A DNA stretch of 38,274 bases from an uncultured Candidatus Saccharibacteria bacterium (GCA_964401625.1 CAYNYY010000006.1:1-38274), one strand, 5' to 3'; shown: positions 16,725-28,072, counted from the first letter of the stretch. Notes: a model not told the origin generated them from the letters alone. A program made the numbers and translations.

Positions 16725-17840
16725 ATGTCATCTTTATCAATCGGAATAGTTGGATTACCAAACGTCGGAAAATCAACGCTTTTTAACGCTTTGACAAAAA
16801 AAGAAGTATCTTGTGAGAACTATCCTTTTTGCACAATAGATCCATCTGTTGGGGTAGTAGCTGTGCCTGATAATAGATTATGGAATCTTTCAAAATTTTC
16901 AAAATCAAAAAAAACTATTCCGGCAGCTATTGAATTTGTAGATATTGCTGGATTAGTTGTTGGTGCTTATAAAGGAGAAGGTCTAGGAAATAAATTTTTG
17001 GCTAATATACGAGAAGTAGATGCTATCTTAGAAATTGTTAGGATTTTTCCATTAAAAAATGAAGGTCAGAACGAAATTTTACATGTAATGGGTAATATTA
17101 ACCCGCTTAGAGATATTGAAGTAATAAATCTTGAACTAATCATGGCTGATCTTGAAACTGTGACTAAAAGAAAAAGTAATATAAAACGTGAAGTAAAGAA
17201 GGGCGATAAAGATGCAATTGCAGAAGATAAGGCTTTAGAAAAATTAAAGATTTCATTTGAAAAGGGATTTTTAGCTCATGCAGTAAATCTCAATGACAAT
17301 GAAATGTCAAAAGTCAAAATGTTGAATCTATTAACCATTAAGCCTTTTATATATGGGCTTAATAGAATGGCTGGATCTTTGAGTTTAGATGAAACAAATC
17401 AAACTGAATTTCAGAAGTTAATAAATTATATTGAAAGTCTTGGTTCTAGGTATGTAATTATTGATGCCAAAATTGAAGAAGAATTAAAAGATTTTGATGG
17501 CGAAGAAAAAGAAATTTTTCGTAAGGAACTTGGAGGGAAAGATGATGGAATAAATAACCTTATTGTGGAAAGTTATAAACTTCTCAACTTGGAAACTTAC
17601 TTTACAACAGGAGAAGATGAAACCAGAGCTTGGACAATTAAAAAAGGAAGTACAGCTCCTATCGCTGGATTAGCTATACACACTGATTTTAAAGATAAAT
17701 TTATTCGGGCTGAAATTATAAATTGGCAGGATTTAATAAATTTAGGAAGTTATAATGAAGCTAGAACTAAAGGTAAAATAAAGACAGAAGGGAAGGATTA
17801 TGTTGTTAAAGATGGAGATGTCATAGAGTTCAAAATATAA
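16725..17840 (+). CDS. ychF: Ribosome-binding ATPase YchF
   Basis: GIVGLPNVGKST, NYPFCTIDP, DIAGLV, GEGLGNKFL, TGS domain. Confidence 0.97.
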   Translation: MSSLSIGIVGLPNVGKSTLFNALTKKEVSCENYPFCTIDPSVGVVAVPDNRLWNLSKFSKSKKTIPAAIEFVDIAGLVVGAYKGEGLGNKFLANIREVDAILEIVRIFPLKNEGQNEILHVMGNINPLRDIEVINLELIMADLETVTKRKSNIKREVKKGDKDAIAEDKALEKLKISFEKGFLAHAVNLNDNEMSKVKMLNLLTIKPFIYGLNRMAGSLSLDETNQTEFQKLINYIESLGSRYVIIDAKIEEELKDFDGEEKEIFRKELGGKDDGINNLIVESYKLLNLETYFTTGEDETRAWTIKKGSTAPIAGLAIHTDFKDKFIRAEIINWQDLINLGSYNEARTKGKIKTEGKDYVVKDGDVIEFKI

Positions 17841-17847
17841 TGTATAT

Positions 17848-18423
17848 ATGAAAAATGATTGGCAAAAAGCAACAATTCTTTTGAAAAAAAATGGAGTAGT
17901 AATCCTTCCGACTGACACTTTATATGGTTTAATTGGTAGTGCCTTATCTAAAAAAGCAGTTAAAAAAATTTATAAATTGAAAGAGAGAAACCTAAAAAAA
18001 CCTTTGATTATACTGATTATTTCTCTAAACGATTTAAATATATTTGATATAGAAATAAATGAAAAGCAGGCCAAATTTTTGAAAAAAATTTGGCCTGCCA
18101 AGGTGAGCATAATTTTACCATGTAATAAATCCAAATGGTTTTACTTACATCGTGGAACTAATTCAATTGCTTTTAGAATGATTGATCATAAAAATAAAAA
18201 CCTTTTTAATTTAATAAAAAAAGTTGGACCATTAGTTGCTCCGAGTGCGAATAAAGAAAATTTTTCCCCAGCTTATAATATAACTAAAGCGAAAAAATAT
18301 TTTGGAATGAGAGTTGCCTATTATATTGATGAAGGCGAAAAAAAATCATCTCCTTCCACTTTGATAAGAATAAATGATAATGGGAAAATAAGGATATTAA
18401 GAAAAGGTAGTGTAGTTTTATAA
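17848..18423 (+). CDS. tsaC: L-threonylcarbamoyladenylate synthase (YrdC/Sua5)
   Basis: PTDTLYGL, K-R-KPL, PSAN, ILRKG. Confidence 0.9.
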   Translation: MKNDWQKATILLKKNGVVILPTDTLYGLIGSALSKKAVKKIYKLKERNLKKPLIILIISLNDLNIFDIEINEKQAKFLKKIWPAKVSIILPCNKSKWFYLHRGTNSIAFRMIDHKNKNLFNLIKKVGPLVAPSANKENFSPAYNITKAKKYFGMRVAYYIDEGEKKSSPSTLIRINDNGKIRILRKGSVVL

Positions 18424-18434
18424 AGATTTATTGT

Positions 18435-18887
18435 TTATTTTTTTATTAAAGTATCATTATGTTGTTTCTTTAACTCAATAACTTCTTCAATAAGTTTTCC
18501 TAAAGTATTTTCAATACGTTCAAGCATTTTATCTTCCTCTTCTTCATCGTCATCATCAATATCTTCCTGAATCTCATCAATATCTTCCTGAATCTCATCT
18601 ACATCTTCCTGAATCTCATCAATATCTTCAGCCACTTCTTTTAGTCGTGTCATCTGTCGGTTGACACTCATCTGAATAAAAATAGCTAAATAAATGGCTT
18701 CAAGAGAAACAATAGTAGTTACAATAAGTAGTATTTTTTCCATATTTATACCAAGGAAATACAAGCTAAATGATACTATAAAGAATACAGTATGAGCCAA
18801 AATTGAGTTTGTTGAGCCAATCCAATTAGTTGAAATTATTGCCATTCGTTCAAATATATCCATTTGTTTTTTCTTCATTTTATGCAT
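18435..18887 (-). CDS. DUF1003-like membrane protein with acidic heptad repeats
   Basis: Two hydrophobic helices, VSLEAIYLAIFIQMSVNRQ. Confidence 0.75.
   Translation of the reverse strand: MHKMKKKQMDIFERMAIISTNWIGSTNSILAHTVFFIVSFSLYFLGINMEKILLIVTTIVSLEAIYLAIFIQMSVNRQMTRLKEVAEDIDEIQEDVDEIQEDIDEIQEDIDDDDEEEEDKMLERIENTLGKLIEEVIELKKQHNDTLIKK
18553..18629 (-). repeat. 21-bp tandem repeat, about 3.7 copies (EDIDEIQ)
   Basis: TCATCAATATCTTCCTGAATC units read directly. Confidence 0.88.
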
Positions 18888-19003
18888 AATGATGTTTATT
18901 ATACATTATTTTTCTGATATAATAAAATAATTATGAGTGAAAATATAGATAACAAAAAACAACCAAACTTTGAAAAAAATTCAACAAATAAAACAAAAAA
19001 TTT

Positions 19004-21403
19004 ATGAAAAATTATAATCATCTAAAAATAGAAAAGAAATGGCAAAAGATTTGGCAAGAAAATAAAATTTATAAAACATTAGATTCTCACAAAAAACCGA
19101 AATATTATGTTCTAGATATGTTTCCATATCTTTCTGGTAAAGGGCTACATGTTGGCCATCCTAAGGGTTATATTGCTACTGATATTATTTCTAGAATGAA
19201 AAGAATGCAAGGATTAAATGTTATGCATCCTATGGGTTTTGATGCTTTTGGTCTTCCTGCAGAAAATTATGCTATTAAAACTAAAACAAATCCTGCTGTT
19301 TTAGTTCCTAAGAATGTTGCTCATTTCAAAAAACAATTAAATATACTTGGTTTTGATTATGATTGGTCTAGAGAAATAAATACAACTGACCCTAAATTTT
19401 ATAAATGGACCCAGTGGATATTTTTACAAATGTTCAAAAAAGGGTTAGCTTATGAATCATACGAGCCTATTAATTGGTGTCCATCTTGTAAAACTGGTTT
19501 AGCTAATGAGGATTTAGAAAATGGTAAATGTGAACGTTGTGGTTCAGAGATAGAACAGAAACCGATGCGTCAATGGGTTCTTCGTATTACAAATTATGCT
19601 GAAAGATTACTTAAAGATTTAGATTTATTAGATTGGCCAGAATTTATTAAAGAGTCACAATATAATTGGATAGGAAAATCTGAGGGAGCAGAGATAGAAT
19701 TCAAAGTTGGGAATTTGATAATAAAAGTATTTACAACTCGTCCTGATACGCTTTTCGGTGCAACATATTGTGTTTTAGCACCAGAACATAAACTTGTTGA
19801 TAAATTAAAAAATCAAATAAAGAATTGGGTAGAAATAGAAAAATATCGCAAGGAAATTGCCAAAAAAACGGAAATTGAACGTACTGCGGAGGGAAAAGAA
19901 AAAACAGGAGTTGAATTAAAGGGTGTGAAGGCAATAAATCCTGTAAACAACGAAGAGATACCAATTTATATTGCCGATTATGTGTTAGCTTATTATGGAA
20001 CAGGGGCGATTATGGCAGTGCCAGCACATGATGAACGGGATTTTGAATTCGCAAAAAAATATAGATTACCTATAATTGAAGTTATTTTTAATAACAATAA
20101 TATAAAAGAAGAATCTTTTATTGGCACTGGTACATTAAAAAATTCCGGAAAATTTGATGGAATGGATAGCAATAAAGCAAAAATAGTAATAACTAAATTT
20201 GTTGGAGGAAAAATGAAGACGACTTACAAGCTCCGCGATTGGGTATTTTCACGTCAAAGATATTGGGGTGAACCAATTCCAATTATTCATTGTAGAAAAT
20301 GTGGGGTTGTACCTGTACCAGAAAAAGATCTTCCTGTCATTTTACCTAAGATTAAAAGTTATAAACCAACTGGAACAGGGGAATCGCCACTTGCTGATGT
20401 AGACAAATGGGTAAATATAAAATGTCCAAAATGTAAAGGTAAGGCAAAACGAGAAACAAATACGATGCCACAGTGGGCAGGAAGTTCTTGGTATTATTTA
20501 CGCTATATGGATCCTCAAAATAACAAAATTCTAGTTGATAAGAAAAAAGAAAAATATTGGAATCAAGTTGATCTTTATGTTGGTGGAGCAGAACATGCGA
20601 CTAGACATTTGATCTATGCTCGTTTTTGGCACAAATTTCTCTATGATATTAATGTCGTCTCAAACCCAGAACCATTTAAAAGACTGCAGTCAGTTGGGTT
20701 AATTATAGGAGAAGATGGAAGAAAAATGTCTAAACGCTTCGGTAACATTGTAAATCCAGATGAAATTGTCAAAGTTTATGGAGCTGACACCTTAAGACTT
20801 TATGAAATGTTTATGGGCCCCTTTAGTCAATCTGTTTCTTGGAGCACCAAAAGTATTATTGGTCCAAGACGTTTTATTGAAAAAATTTGGAGAATATCAA
20901 ATCAAATTATATTTAAAAATAAAACAGATGATGAATTAGAAAAATTACTTCATAAAACAATTAAAAAAATAACGGAAGATATAGAAACAATGAATTTCAA
21001 TACGGCTATTTCTTCAATGATGATCCTTGTTAATAAGATAGATTTAACTTTGATTGAAGGTAATAGTATGAGTAAAAAAGATTTCAAATTATTTTTACAA
21101 ATTCTAGCCCCATTTGCTCCACACATTACCGAAGAAATTTGGTTTAATTTACAAGAAAAAAAATCTATTCATTTGAGTAGTTGGCCTAAATATGATGAGA
21201 AAAAAATAATTGACAAAAATGTAAAAATTATTATTCAAATAAACGGTAAAGTCAGAACAGAATTAATTATTAGTAATGATATGAAAGAAGAAGAAGTTAA
21301 GAAAAAAGCTTTAGCAAATAAAGTTGTTATTTCTTGGATTAAAAATTCTAAAATTAAAAGGATAATCTATATTAATGGAAGGGTTGTTAGTATTGTTATC
21401 TAA
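19004..21403 (+). CDS. leuS: Leucine--tRNA ligase
   Basis: MFPYLSGKGLHVGH, FTTRPDT editing domain, KMSKR. Confidence 0.97.
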   Translation: MKNYNHLKIEKKWQKIWQENKIYKTLDSHKKPKYYVLDMFPYLSGKGLHVGHPKGYIATDIISRMKRMQGLNVMHPMGFDAFGLPAENYAIKTKTNPAVLVPKNVAHFKKQLNILGFDYDWSREINTTDPKFYKWTQWIFLQMFKKGLAYESYEPINWCPSCKTGLANEDLENGKCERCGSEIEQKPMRQWVLRITNYAERLLKDLDLLDWPEFIKESQYNWIGKSEGAEIEFKVGNLIIKVFTTRPDTLFGATYCVLAPEHKLVDKLKNQIKNWVEIEKYRKEIAKKTEIERTAEGKEKTGVELKGVKAINPVNNEEIPIYIADYVLAYYGTGAIMAVPAHDERDFEFAKKYRLPIIEVIFNNNNIKEESFIGTGTLKNSGKFDGMDSNKAKIVITKFVGGKMKTTYKLRDWVFSRQRYWGEPIPIIHCRKCGVVPVPEKDLPVILPKIKSYKPTGTGESPLADVDKWVNIKCPKCKGKAKRETNTMPQWAGSSWYYLRYMDPQNNKILVDKKKEKYWNQVDLYVGGAEHATRHLIYARFWHKFLYDINVVSNPEPFKRLQSVGLIIGEDGRKMSKRFGNIVNPDEIVKVYGADTLRLYEMFMGPFSQSVSWSTKSIIGPRRFIEKIWRISNQIIFKNKTDDELEKLLHKTIKKITEDIETMNFNTAISSMMILVNKIDLTLIEGNSMSKKDFKLFLQILAPFAPHITEEIWFNLQEKKSIHLSSWPKYDEKKIIDKNVKIIIQINGKVRTELIISNDMKEEEVKKKALANKVVISWIKNSKIKRIIYINGRVVSIVI

Positions 21404-21472
21404 TTTTTTGTATAGTATACTGTACAAATATAGAGTCAAAATAGTTATTAGTTAAGTATTACATAAAAAATT

Positions 21473-23812
21473 ATGCAGTCTAAAAAAATAAAATTTTTCA
21501 ATAGAACATCATTCGTGATTTTAATTCTTACCTTATTTGTTCCTTTCTTTTTCTTTATACCATACATATCTGTTACACTTGAAGCAAGTAAGGGTTTTTT
21601 AATTTCAATCGGAGCCACTCTGTCTCTCTCTTTTTGGTTAATTGCAAAGCTTGGTGAAGGTCATATTAAGATTCCTAAAGATAGATTAATAATGATTGGA
21701 GCAGTAATTCCGTTGATTTTTTTGATTTCATCTTTATTTTCATCGTCACTTTATAATTCACTCCTAGGTACAGGATTTGAGATAGGAACTTTTGGTTCTA
21801 TGTTGGTATTATTTATCCTATTTTTCCTTTCAGCTATTCATTTTCAAACAGAAAGGAAATTATGGTATTTTTTAACATCCATATTTATTAGTGCTTTGAT
21901 TTTGATGATTTTTGTATTACTTAATATCTTTATGGGATTGGGACATATATTCCCAAATTTTCTACAGGCAGTATCTTCAGGTAATCTAATGGGAGATTGG
22001 AATAATTTCATTTCATTTTTCGGACTTGTTTCTTTACTTCTTTTGTTTACCATTGAGTTTTTTAAAAATAAAAATAAAATTTTTCTTATTATCCAATACA
22101 TTATGTTGGTTCTCAGCTTACTTTTCTTAGCTGTTGTTAATATTCCATTAATCTGGACTCTAGTTGCAATCTTTTCTACTATAATTTTTGTTTATAGTAT
22201 TTCTACTCAATACTCTGGGGTTAAGGATGAACAAAAAGAAAACAAGAAAAAAAAGTTTCCATTTACAGCATTACTAGTTGTTTTTATATCGTTAATCTTT
22301 TTAGTTGGCAGTAATTTAGTAGGAGGTTTCTTTGCTAGATATATTAGTATTCCTAATGTTGATGTTAGGCCAACTATTATGACAACAAACCAGGTCGCTC
22401 TTAAATCTTTAAAACACAACCCATTATTAGGTACAGGGCCAAATACTTTTATTACGGATTGGTCTCTATGGCAACCTAAAGAGATTGCTCAAACGATTTT
22501 CTGGAATGTTGATTTTACAAATGGTTTTAGTTTCTTACAAACGACATTAGTTACAACTGGTTTACTTGGTTTTCTTGCTATTCTCTGGTTTATTATTATT
22601 CTATTTATAAGAGGAGTCCAGTCTTTGAAAATTGCTTTACAACGGCCACTTTCTAATTATTTTATGATAACAACTATCATAATTTCTGTTTATTCATGGA
22701 TTATGATTATTGTCTATAATCCGAACATACTAATAATGATGCTAGCCTTTACTTCTAGTGGGATGTTGATTGGGATATTAGTTCACAAGAAGGTTATCTC
22801 AACTCAAGAGTTCTCACTTGTAGATAATCCTCGTAATAGTTTTTTTGCAATTTTAAGTTTAATGATTTTGATGATATTATCACTTTCTTTGTCTTATGTT
22901 TATATAGAAAAATTTGCTTCTGTTGTTTATTTTTCAGAAAGTCTTAATGGTGAAATGACGATGAAATCATTATCCAAATCTGAAGGTTTACTTTTGAATG
23001 CAATTAATCTCAACAAGAATGATACTTATTATCGTAATTTATCTCAATTATATCTCAATCAGGTTGGACTTCTTGTTAATAACAAAAAAATATCAAAAGA
23101 TACTTTAAAGCTAAATCTACAACGATTGGTTACTTTAGCTGAAGAATCAGCTAATAATGCGATAAACCAAAATCCCAAACAATATCTAAATTATCTCAAC
23201 TTAGGGAATGTATATAGTTCAATGAGTTCACTTTCTGTAAAAAATAGTTATAAGAGTGCCGTTACCGCTTACAATAAAGCAAAAGAGTTAGCTCCTAATA
23301 ATCCCTCAATTATTTTAGCTAAGGCTCGACTTGAAATTATAAATAAAAACGATAATGAAGCGAAAAAGCTTATTCAAGATGCACTTGGATTAAAAACTAA
23401 TTATGTAAATGCTTACTTCTTGCTAGCTCAAATTGATTCACGAAAAGGGGATGTTACTAGTGCCATAAAACAAATAGAAATAGCTGCCCAAATGAATCCC
23501 AATAATCCAACGGTATTCTTTAGATTAGGAATTCTTCGATATAGTAATTCTGATTATACGGGAGCAGTTAGTGCTTTTGAGCAGTCAGTTATTTTAGATC
23601 CAGGTTCTTTTCAAGCCCATCTTCTCTTAGCTAAATCATATGGAAAAGCTGGTCGTAAAAATGATGCCTTACTTCAATATCACATGTTAGAAAAAGCATT
23701 GCCAAATAATAAAAATATAAAAAAAGATATTAAAGCACTTTCTGGTAACAATTCATCTGTTAAAACAACAACAAAAAATAAAACTGCAAGTAAGAACACT
23801 AAGGCTAAATAA
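21473..23812 (+). CDS. Polytopic membrane protein (O-antigen ligase-like) with C-terminal TPR repeats
   Basis: About 12 hydrophobic segments, LLGTGPNTF loop, TPR-like LAPNNP and ILDP repeats. Confidence 0.75.
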   Translation: MQSKKIKFFNRTSFVILILTLFVPFFFFIPYISVTLEASKGFLISIGATLSLSFWLIAKLGEGHIKIPKDRLIMIGAVIPLIFLISSLFSSSLYNSLLGTGFEIGTFGSMLVLFILFFLSAIHFQTERKLWYFLTSIFISALILMIFVLLNIFMGLGHIFPNFLQAVSSGNLMGDWNNFISFFGLVSLLLLFTIEFFKNKNKIFLIIQYIMLVLSLLFLAVVNIPLIWTLVAIFSTIIFVYSISTQYSGVKDEQKENKKKKFPFTALLVVFISLIFLVGSNLVGGFFARYISIPNVDVRPTIMTTNQVALKSLKHNPLLGTGPNTFITDWSLWQPKEIAQTIFWNVDFTNGFSFLQTTLVTTGLLGFLAILWFIIILFIRGVQSLKIALQRPLSNYFMITTIIISVYSWIMIIVYNPNILIMMLAFTSSGMLIGILVHKKVISTQEFSLVDNPRNSFFAILSLMILMILSLSLSYVYIEKFASVVYFSESLNGEMTMKSLSKSEGLLLNAINLNKNDTYYRNLSQLYLNQVGLLVNNKKISKDTLKLNLQRLVTLAEESANNAINQNPKQYLNYLNLGNVYSSMSSLSVKNSYKSAVTAYNKAKELAPNNPSIILAKARLEIINKNDNEAKKLIQDALGLKTNYVNAYFLLAQIDSRKGDVTSAIKQIEIAAQMNPNNPTVFFRLGILRYSNSDYTGAVSAFEQSVILDPGSFQAHLLLAKSYGKAGRKNDALLQYHMLEKALPNNKNIKKDIKALSGNNSSVKTTTKNKTASKNTKAK

Positions 23813-23842
23813 ATAGCTTTAATGATAATTAAATATAACTAA

Positions 23843-25531
23843 ATGGCTAAGCGTATCCTAGTATTTTTAAATAAAGAACTTAATGGAATGAATGAAGCCG
23901 CTTTATTATTAGGCGGCTTTGCTTTTCTTTCCCAAATATTAGGTTTAATTAGAGATAGAATGTTAGCTTATATGGTTGGGGCAGGACCGATATTGGATAC
24001 TTACTACGCTGCCTTTCGTATACCTGATTTTCTCTACATTTCTGTCGCTTCATTGGCTTCTGTAACTGTTTTAATGCCTTTTATCGTTGGTAAAATTAAT
24101 AGTGGTCCAGAAGGAAAGGAAATAGCTCATAGATTCTTAAACAATATATTCAGTGCTTTCATAATATTCATGGTTATTGCTAGTATTATTATGCTTATAG
24201 CTATGCCTTATTTAGCTAAGCTCATCGCACCAGGATTTTCACAATCACAATTAAAATTACTTATTACAGTTAGCAGAATAATGCTATTATCTCCTATTTT
24301 TATTGGATTATCTAATCTAATAGGGACTATAACTCAATTATATAAAAATTTTCTTGTTTTCTCTCTATCTCCTGTATTTTATAATATTGGAATTTTAGCT
24401 GGAATAATTTTTCTTTATCCAATATTAGGAATTTATGGATTAGGGATTGGTGTAATTATTGGTGCTATTTTACACCTTCTTGTCCAGATTCCTATAGTTG
24501 CAAATCATAAATTCCTTCCTAAATTAGTTTCTCGTATTGCTTGGAAAGAAGTATGGCAAGTTGCTAGATTATCATTGCCGAGGACATTAACTTTATCTAG
24601 CAACAGTATTGCTTTTATAGTCCTCATAGCTATGGCATCTACTTTGAAAGCAGGATCTATATCACTTTTTACTTTTTCTTTTAATTTACAGTCTGTTCCA
24701 GTAGGAATTATTGGTATTTCATATTCGGTAGCTGCCTTTCCTATTTTAGTTGAATCTTTTTCTCGTAAAAATATGAAAAATTTTGCTAATCATATAATAC
24801 AAGCTGCTCGGCAAATTATTTTTTGGTCTTTGCCTGTACTGGCCTTATTAGTAGTTCTTAGGGCTCAAATTGTTAGAGTTATTCTTGGATCTCGTACATT
24901 TACTTGGGCAGATACTCGTTTAACTGCAGCTGCAGTTGCTATTTTTGTTATATCCTTAGTTACACAAGGATTAGTTCTTTTATTCGTCCGAGGTTACTAT
25001 GCAGCAGGTAATACAAAAAAACCCTTATTTGTGAATGTTTTTTCTTCAATTATGGTTGTTGTTATGGCTTATTCATTTGTTCATATTTTTCATTCATACC
25101 CGAATATACTTTCTGAACTTGAATATATCTTAAGAGTTAAGAATGTGCCAGGGACAATAATGTTGGCTTTACCATTGGCTTATGCTCTTGGTTCAATTTT
25201 AAACTTTTTCCTAATATGGATATTATTCAAAAAAGAATTTTTAAGAAATATATCATTAAAACTCTGGCCAACTTTTATTCAGAGTTTTATCGGAGCAATC
25301 ACTATCGGAACAGCAACTTACATTTCTCTTGGAATATTTAGTAACATTTTTAATTTGAAAACTTTTCATGGGATATTTCTTCAAGGGTTTATTTCAGGCA
25401 TTATTGGTATAATTTTTGGTATAGCCATTCTACTCTTAATAAAAAACAAGGAGTTACATAGTATTATAAATACTCTAAATCATAAATTAAATCATGATCG
25501 TGTGATAGCTCCAGGACAAGGAGAATTATAA
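23843..25531 (+). CDS. murJ: Lipid II flippase MurJ
   Basis: SQILGLIRDR, YYAAFRIPD, RGYYA motifs. Confidence 0.92.
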   Translation: MAKRILVFLNKELNGMNEAALLLGGFAFLSQILGLIRDRMLAYMVGAGPILDTYYAAFRIPDFLYISVASLASVTVLMPFIVGKINSGPEGKEIAHRFLNNIFSAFIIFMVIASIIMLIAMPYLAKLIAPGFSQSQLKLLITVSRIMLLSPIFIGLSNLIGTITQLYKNFLVFSLSPVFYNIGILAGIIFLYPILGIYGLGIGVIIGAILHLLVQIPIVANHKFLPKLVSRIAWKEVWQVARLSLPRTLTLSSNSIAFIVLIAMASTLKAGSISLFTFSFNLQSVPVGIIGISYSVAAFPILVESFSRKNMKNFANHIIQAARQIIFWSLPVLALLVVLRAQIVRVILGSRTFTWADTRLTAAAVAIFVISLVTQGLVLLFVRGYYAAGNTKKPLFVNVFSSIMVVVMAYSFVHIFHSYPNILSELEYILRVKNVPGTIMLALPLAYALGSILNFFLIWILFKKEFLRNISLKLWPTFIQSFIGAITIGTATYISLGIFSNIFNLKTFHGIFLQGFISGIIGIIFGIAILLLIKNKELHSIINTLNHKLNHDRVIAPGQGEL

Positions 25532-25598
25532 AAAAAATGTAATTATAATTTTTCTGAAATAGCTTCTCTTTATAAGATTTATCTGATAACATTGAATT

Positions 25599-27452
25599 AT
25601 GCTTATTGGTAACATTCGAAATTTCTCTATAATTGCTCATATTGATCATGGTAAAAGTACTTTAGCAGATAGGATGTTAGAAGTAACTGGTACTATTGAA
25701 AAGCGTAAAATGAAGAATCAAATTTTAGACTCAATGGAACTTGAACGTGAACGTGGTATTACTATTAAAATGCAACCAGTAAGAATGCTCTGGTCTTCTG
25801 AGATTGGTACTAATAAAGAAAAAAAAGAATATATTCTTAATCTGATAGATACCCCAGGGCATATAGATTTCTCTTATGAAGTTTCTAGAGCTTTAAAAGC
25901 AGTAGAAGGTTCCATTTTACTTATTGATGCTACGCAAGGGGTTCAAGCTCAGACTCTAACTACCTTACAACTTGCTCGTAATATCGGATTAGTGATAATT
26001 CCAGTAATTTCAAAAATTGATTCTCCTTTAGCAAGAATTAATGAAGTAAAAACAGAAGTAGCTCTTTTACTTGATATTGATTCAGATACAATACTTCTAG
26101 TTTCAGGTAAAACTGGGGAAGGAGTTACAGGACTTTTAGAAGAGATTATTAAAAGAATTCCACCTCCAACTAAAACGGAAAAAATAAACTCATCTGGGCA
26201 AGCTCTTGTTTTTGATTTTAAATATGATAATCATCGCGGAGTAATTGTTTATGTTCGGGTGATGGAAGGTGAATTTAAGAAAGGAATGCCTCTTTTATTT
26301 GCTGTTTCAGCTGAAAAATTCATTTCTCTTGAAGTGGGAACTTTTTCTCCTAAAGAAGAACTTAAGGATTCTATAAAAGCTGGAGAAATTGGATATATTG
26401 TGACTGGTATTAAAAAACCTGGAATTGCTTCTGTTGGTGATACTATAACTTATTTAAAAAATCCGATGAAAGCATTATCTGGCTATATGAAACCTCGGCC
26501 AGTTGTTTGGGCATCTGTCTATCCTGAAAGCCAAAATGATTTTCCTAATCTAAAACAAGCCTTAGGACGTCTGTGTTTATCTGATTCCTCTTTTTCTTAT
26601 GAAGAAGAATCTTCAGGAACTCTTGGTCGTGGTTTCCGTTGTGGTTTTCTTGGCATGCTTCATTTAGAAATTATAACAGAAAGATTAAATAGAGAATTTA
26701 ATTTAGATTTAATTATCACTATGCCATCAATAACTTATAAAGTAATTCTTCGTAATAGTTCTTTGAATGATGATAAAACTCCAAAAGAAAAAATTATTTA
26801 CTCTCCTCATCTTTTCCCTGATGATGGGAATGTTTTGAAGATTTTTGAACCTTGGGTAAATGTAAAAATTATTATTCCCTCCATCTACTTAAGTTCATTA
26901 ATGCCTTTTATTTATGAACATGAGGGAAAAATAGAAACAACTGAAAATTTTGGAGATAATAGATCATCTCTTAATCTAAAAATGCCATTACGTGAATTAA
27001 TGCGTAATTTTTTCGATGACTTAAAAAGTCTTACTTCGGGTTATTCCTCTATCTCTTATGAGATAGAGGGTTATCGTGAAGCAGATGTTGTTAGATTGGA
27101 TATCATTGTGGCCAATGAGCCGGTAGTAGCTTTTACGAGGATAGTCTCGCGTAGAAGAATAGAAGAAGAGGCTAAATCTCAAGTTGAAAAATTACAAAGA
27201 ATTATTCCTCGTCAACAGTTTGCTTTTAAAATTCAAGGTAAAGCTCTTGGTAGAATAATATCATCAAAATCTGTCTCTGCTTTTCGGAAAGATGTTTTGA
27301 TGCATGGAAGTAAAGTAGTAGGAGGTGGAGATGTTAGTCGAAAGAAAAAATTATTAGAGAAGCAGAAGAAAGGTAAAAAGAGAATGCGAACCAACTCAAA
27401 AATAAACATCTCTCACGAAGTATTCTTAAAGATGATGAAAAATAGTAATTGA
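25599..27452 (+). CDS. lepA: Elongation factor 4
   Basis: IRNFSIIAHIDHGKSTLADR, GFRCGFLGMLH, KKLLEKQKKGKKRM. Confidence 0.97.
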   Translation: MLIGNIRNFSIIAHIDHGKSTLADRMLEVTGTIEKRKMKNQILDSMELERERGITIKMQPVRMLWSSEIGTNKEKKEYILNLIDTPGHIDFSYEVSRALKAVEGSILLIDATQGVQAQTLTTLQLARNIGLVIIPVISKIDSPLARINEVKTEVALLLDIDSDTILLVSGKTGEGVTGLLEEIIKRIPPPTKTEKINSSGQALVFDFKYDNHRGVIVYVRVMEGEFKKGMPLLFAVSAEKFISLEVGTFSPKEELKDSIKAGEIGYIVTGIKKPGIASVGDTITYLKNPMKALSGYMKPRPVVWASVYPESQNDFPNLKQALGRLCLSDSSFSYEEESSGTLGRGFRCGFLGMLHLEIITERLNREFNLDLIITMPSITYKVILRNSSLNDDKTPKEKIIYSPHLFPDDGNVLKIFEPWVNVKIIIPSIYLSSLMPFIYEHEGKIETTENFGDNRSSLNLKMPLRELMRNFFDDLKSLTSGYSSISYEIEGYREADVVRLDIIVANEPVVAFTRIVSRRRIEEEAKSQVEKLQRIIPRQQFAFKIQGKALGRIISSKSVSAFRKDVLMHGSKVVGGGDVSRKKKLLEKQKKGKKRMRTNSKINISHEVFLKMMKNSN

Positions 27453-27586
27453 TTTTTGAGTTAAGAGATGGGAAGATATAGTAAAATCATGCTAATGATA
27501 ACTAAAACCGAAATAATCCCGAATATTATCCTCATTTTTCGTTGACCTTTTGTGCTAAAAAACATAATATGATTATATAGTTTTTT

Positions 27587-27964
27587 ATGGCAGAATTCAA
27601 GAAGAAAAAGCAATATAATTTTTGGTATGCACCTTTAACTTTGATATTATTCTTAGGGTTGTTAATTTTTTCTGCTTTTAGAGTTGTTAATCTTACTAAA
27701 AAAGAAAGAGAAACAGTTAAACAAAAAGATTTGGCCTTAGATAATATACAAGCTCTACGTAATAGAGAGAATATTTTGACTCAGGATATCGCTAAGATGC
27801 ATACTAAAGAGGGTATTGAAAGTATTATCAGAGAGAAATATCAAGTTGTTAAACAAGGAGAAAAGATGATTATTATAGTTAATAATAATGAAGAGACCTC
27901 TTCTAAAACGAAAACTCTAGTTAAGTATAGTTTTTGGAATTGGATAATAAATTTTTTCAAATAA
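27587..27964 (+). CDS. Septum formation initiator (FtsB/DivIC family)
   Basis: TM helix, coiled coil, EGIESIIREKYQVVKQGE. Confidence 0.75.
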   Translation: MAEFKKKKQYNFWYAPLTLILFLGLLIFSAFRVVNLTKKERETVKQKDLALDNIQALRNRENILTQDIAKMHTKEGIESIIREKYQVVKQGEKMIIIVNNNEETSSKTKTLVKYSFWNWIINFFK

Positions 27965-28001
27965 TATATATAATATAAGATATAATAATACAAAAATATT
28001 T

Positions 28002-28072
28002 GCGGTCGTAGTTTAGTGGTAGAATTGATGCTTCCCAAGCATCGGGTGCGGGTTCGATTCCCGCCGACCGCA
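28002..28072 (+). tRNA. tRNA-Gly(CCC)
   Basis: GCGGTCG/CGACCGC acceptor, GATGC-TT-CCC-AA-GCATC. Confidence 0.96.
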
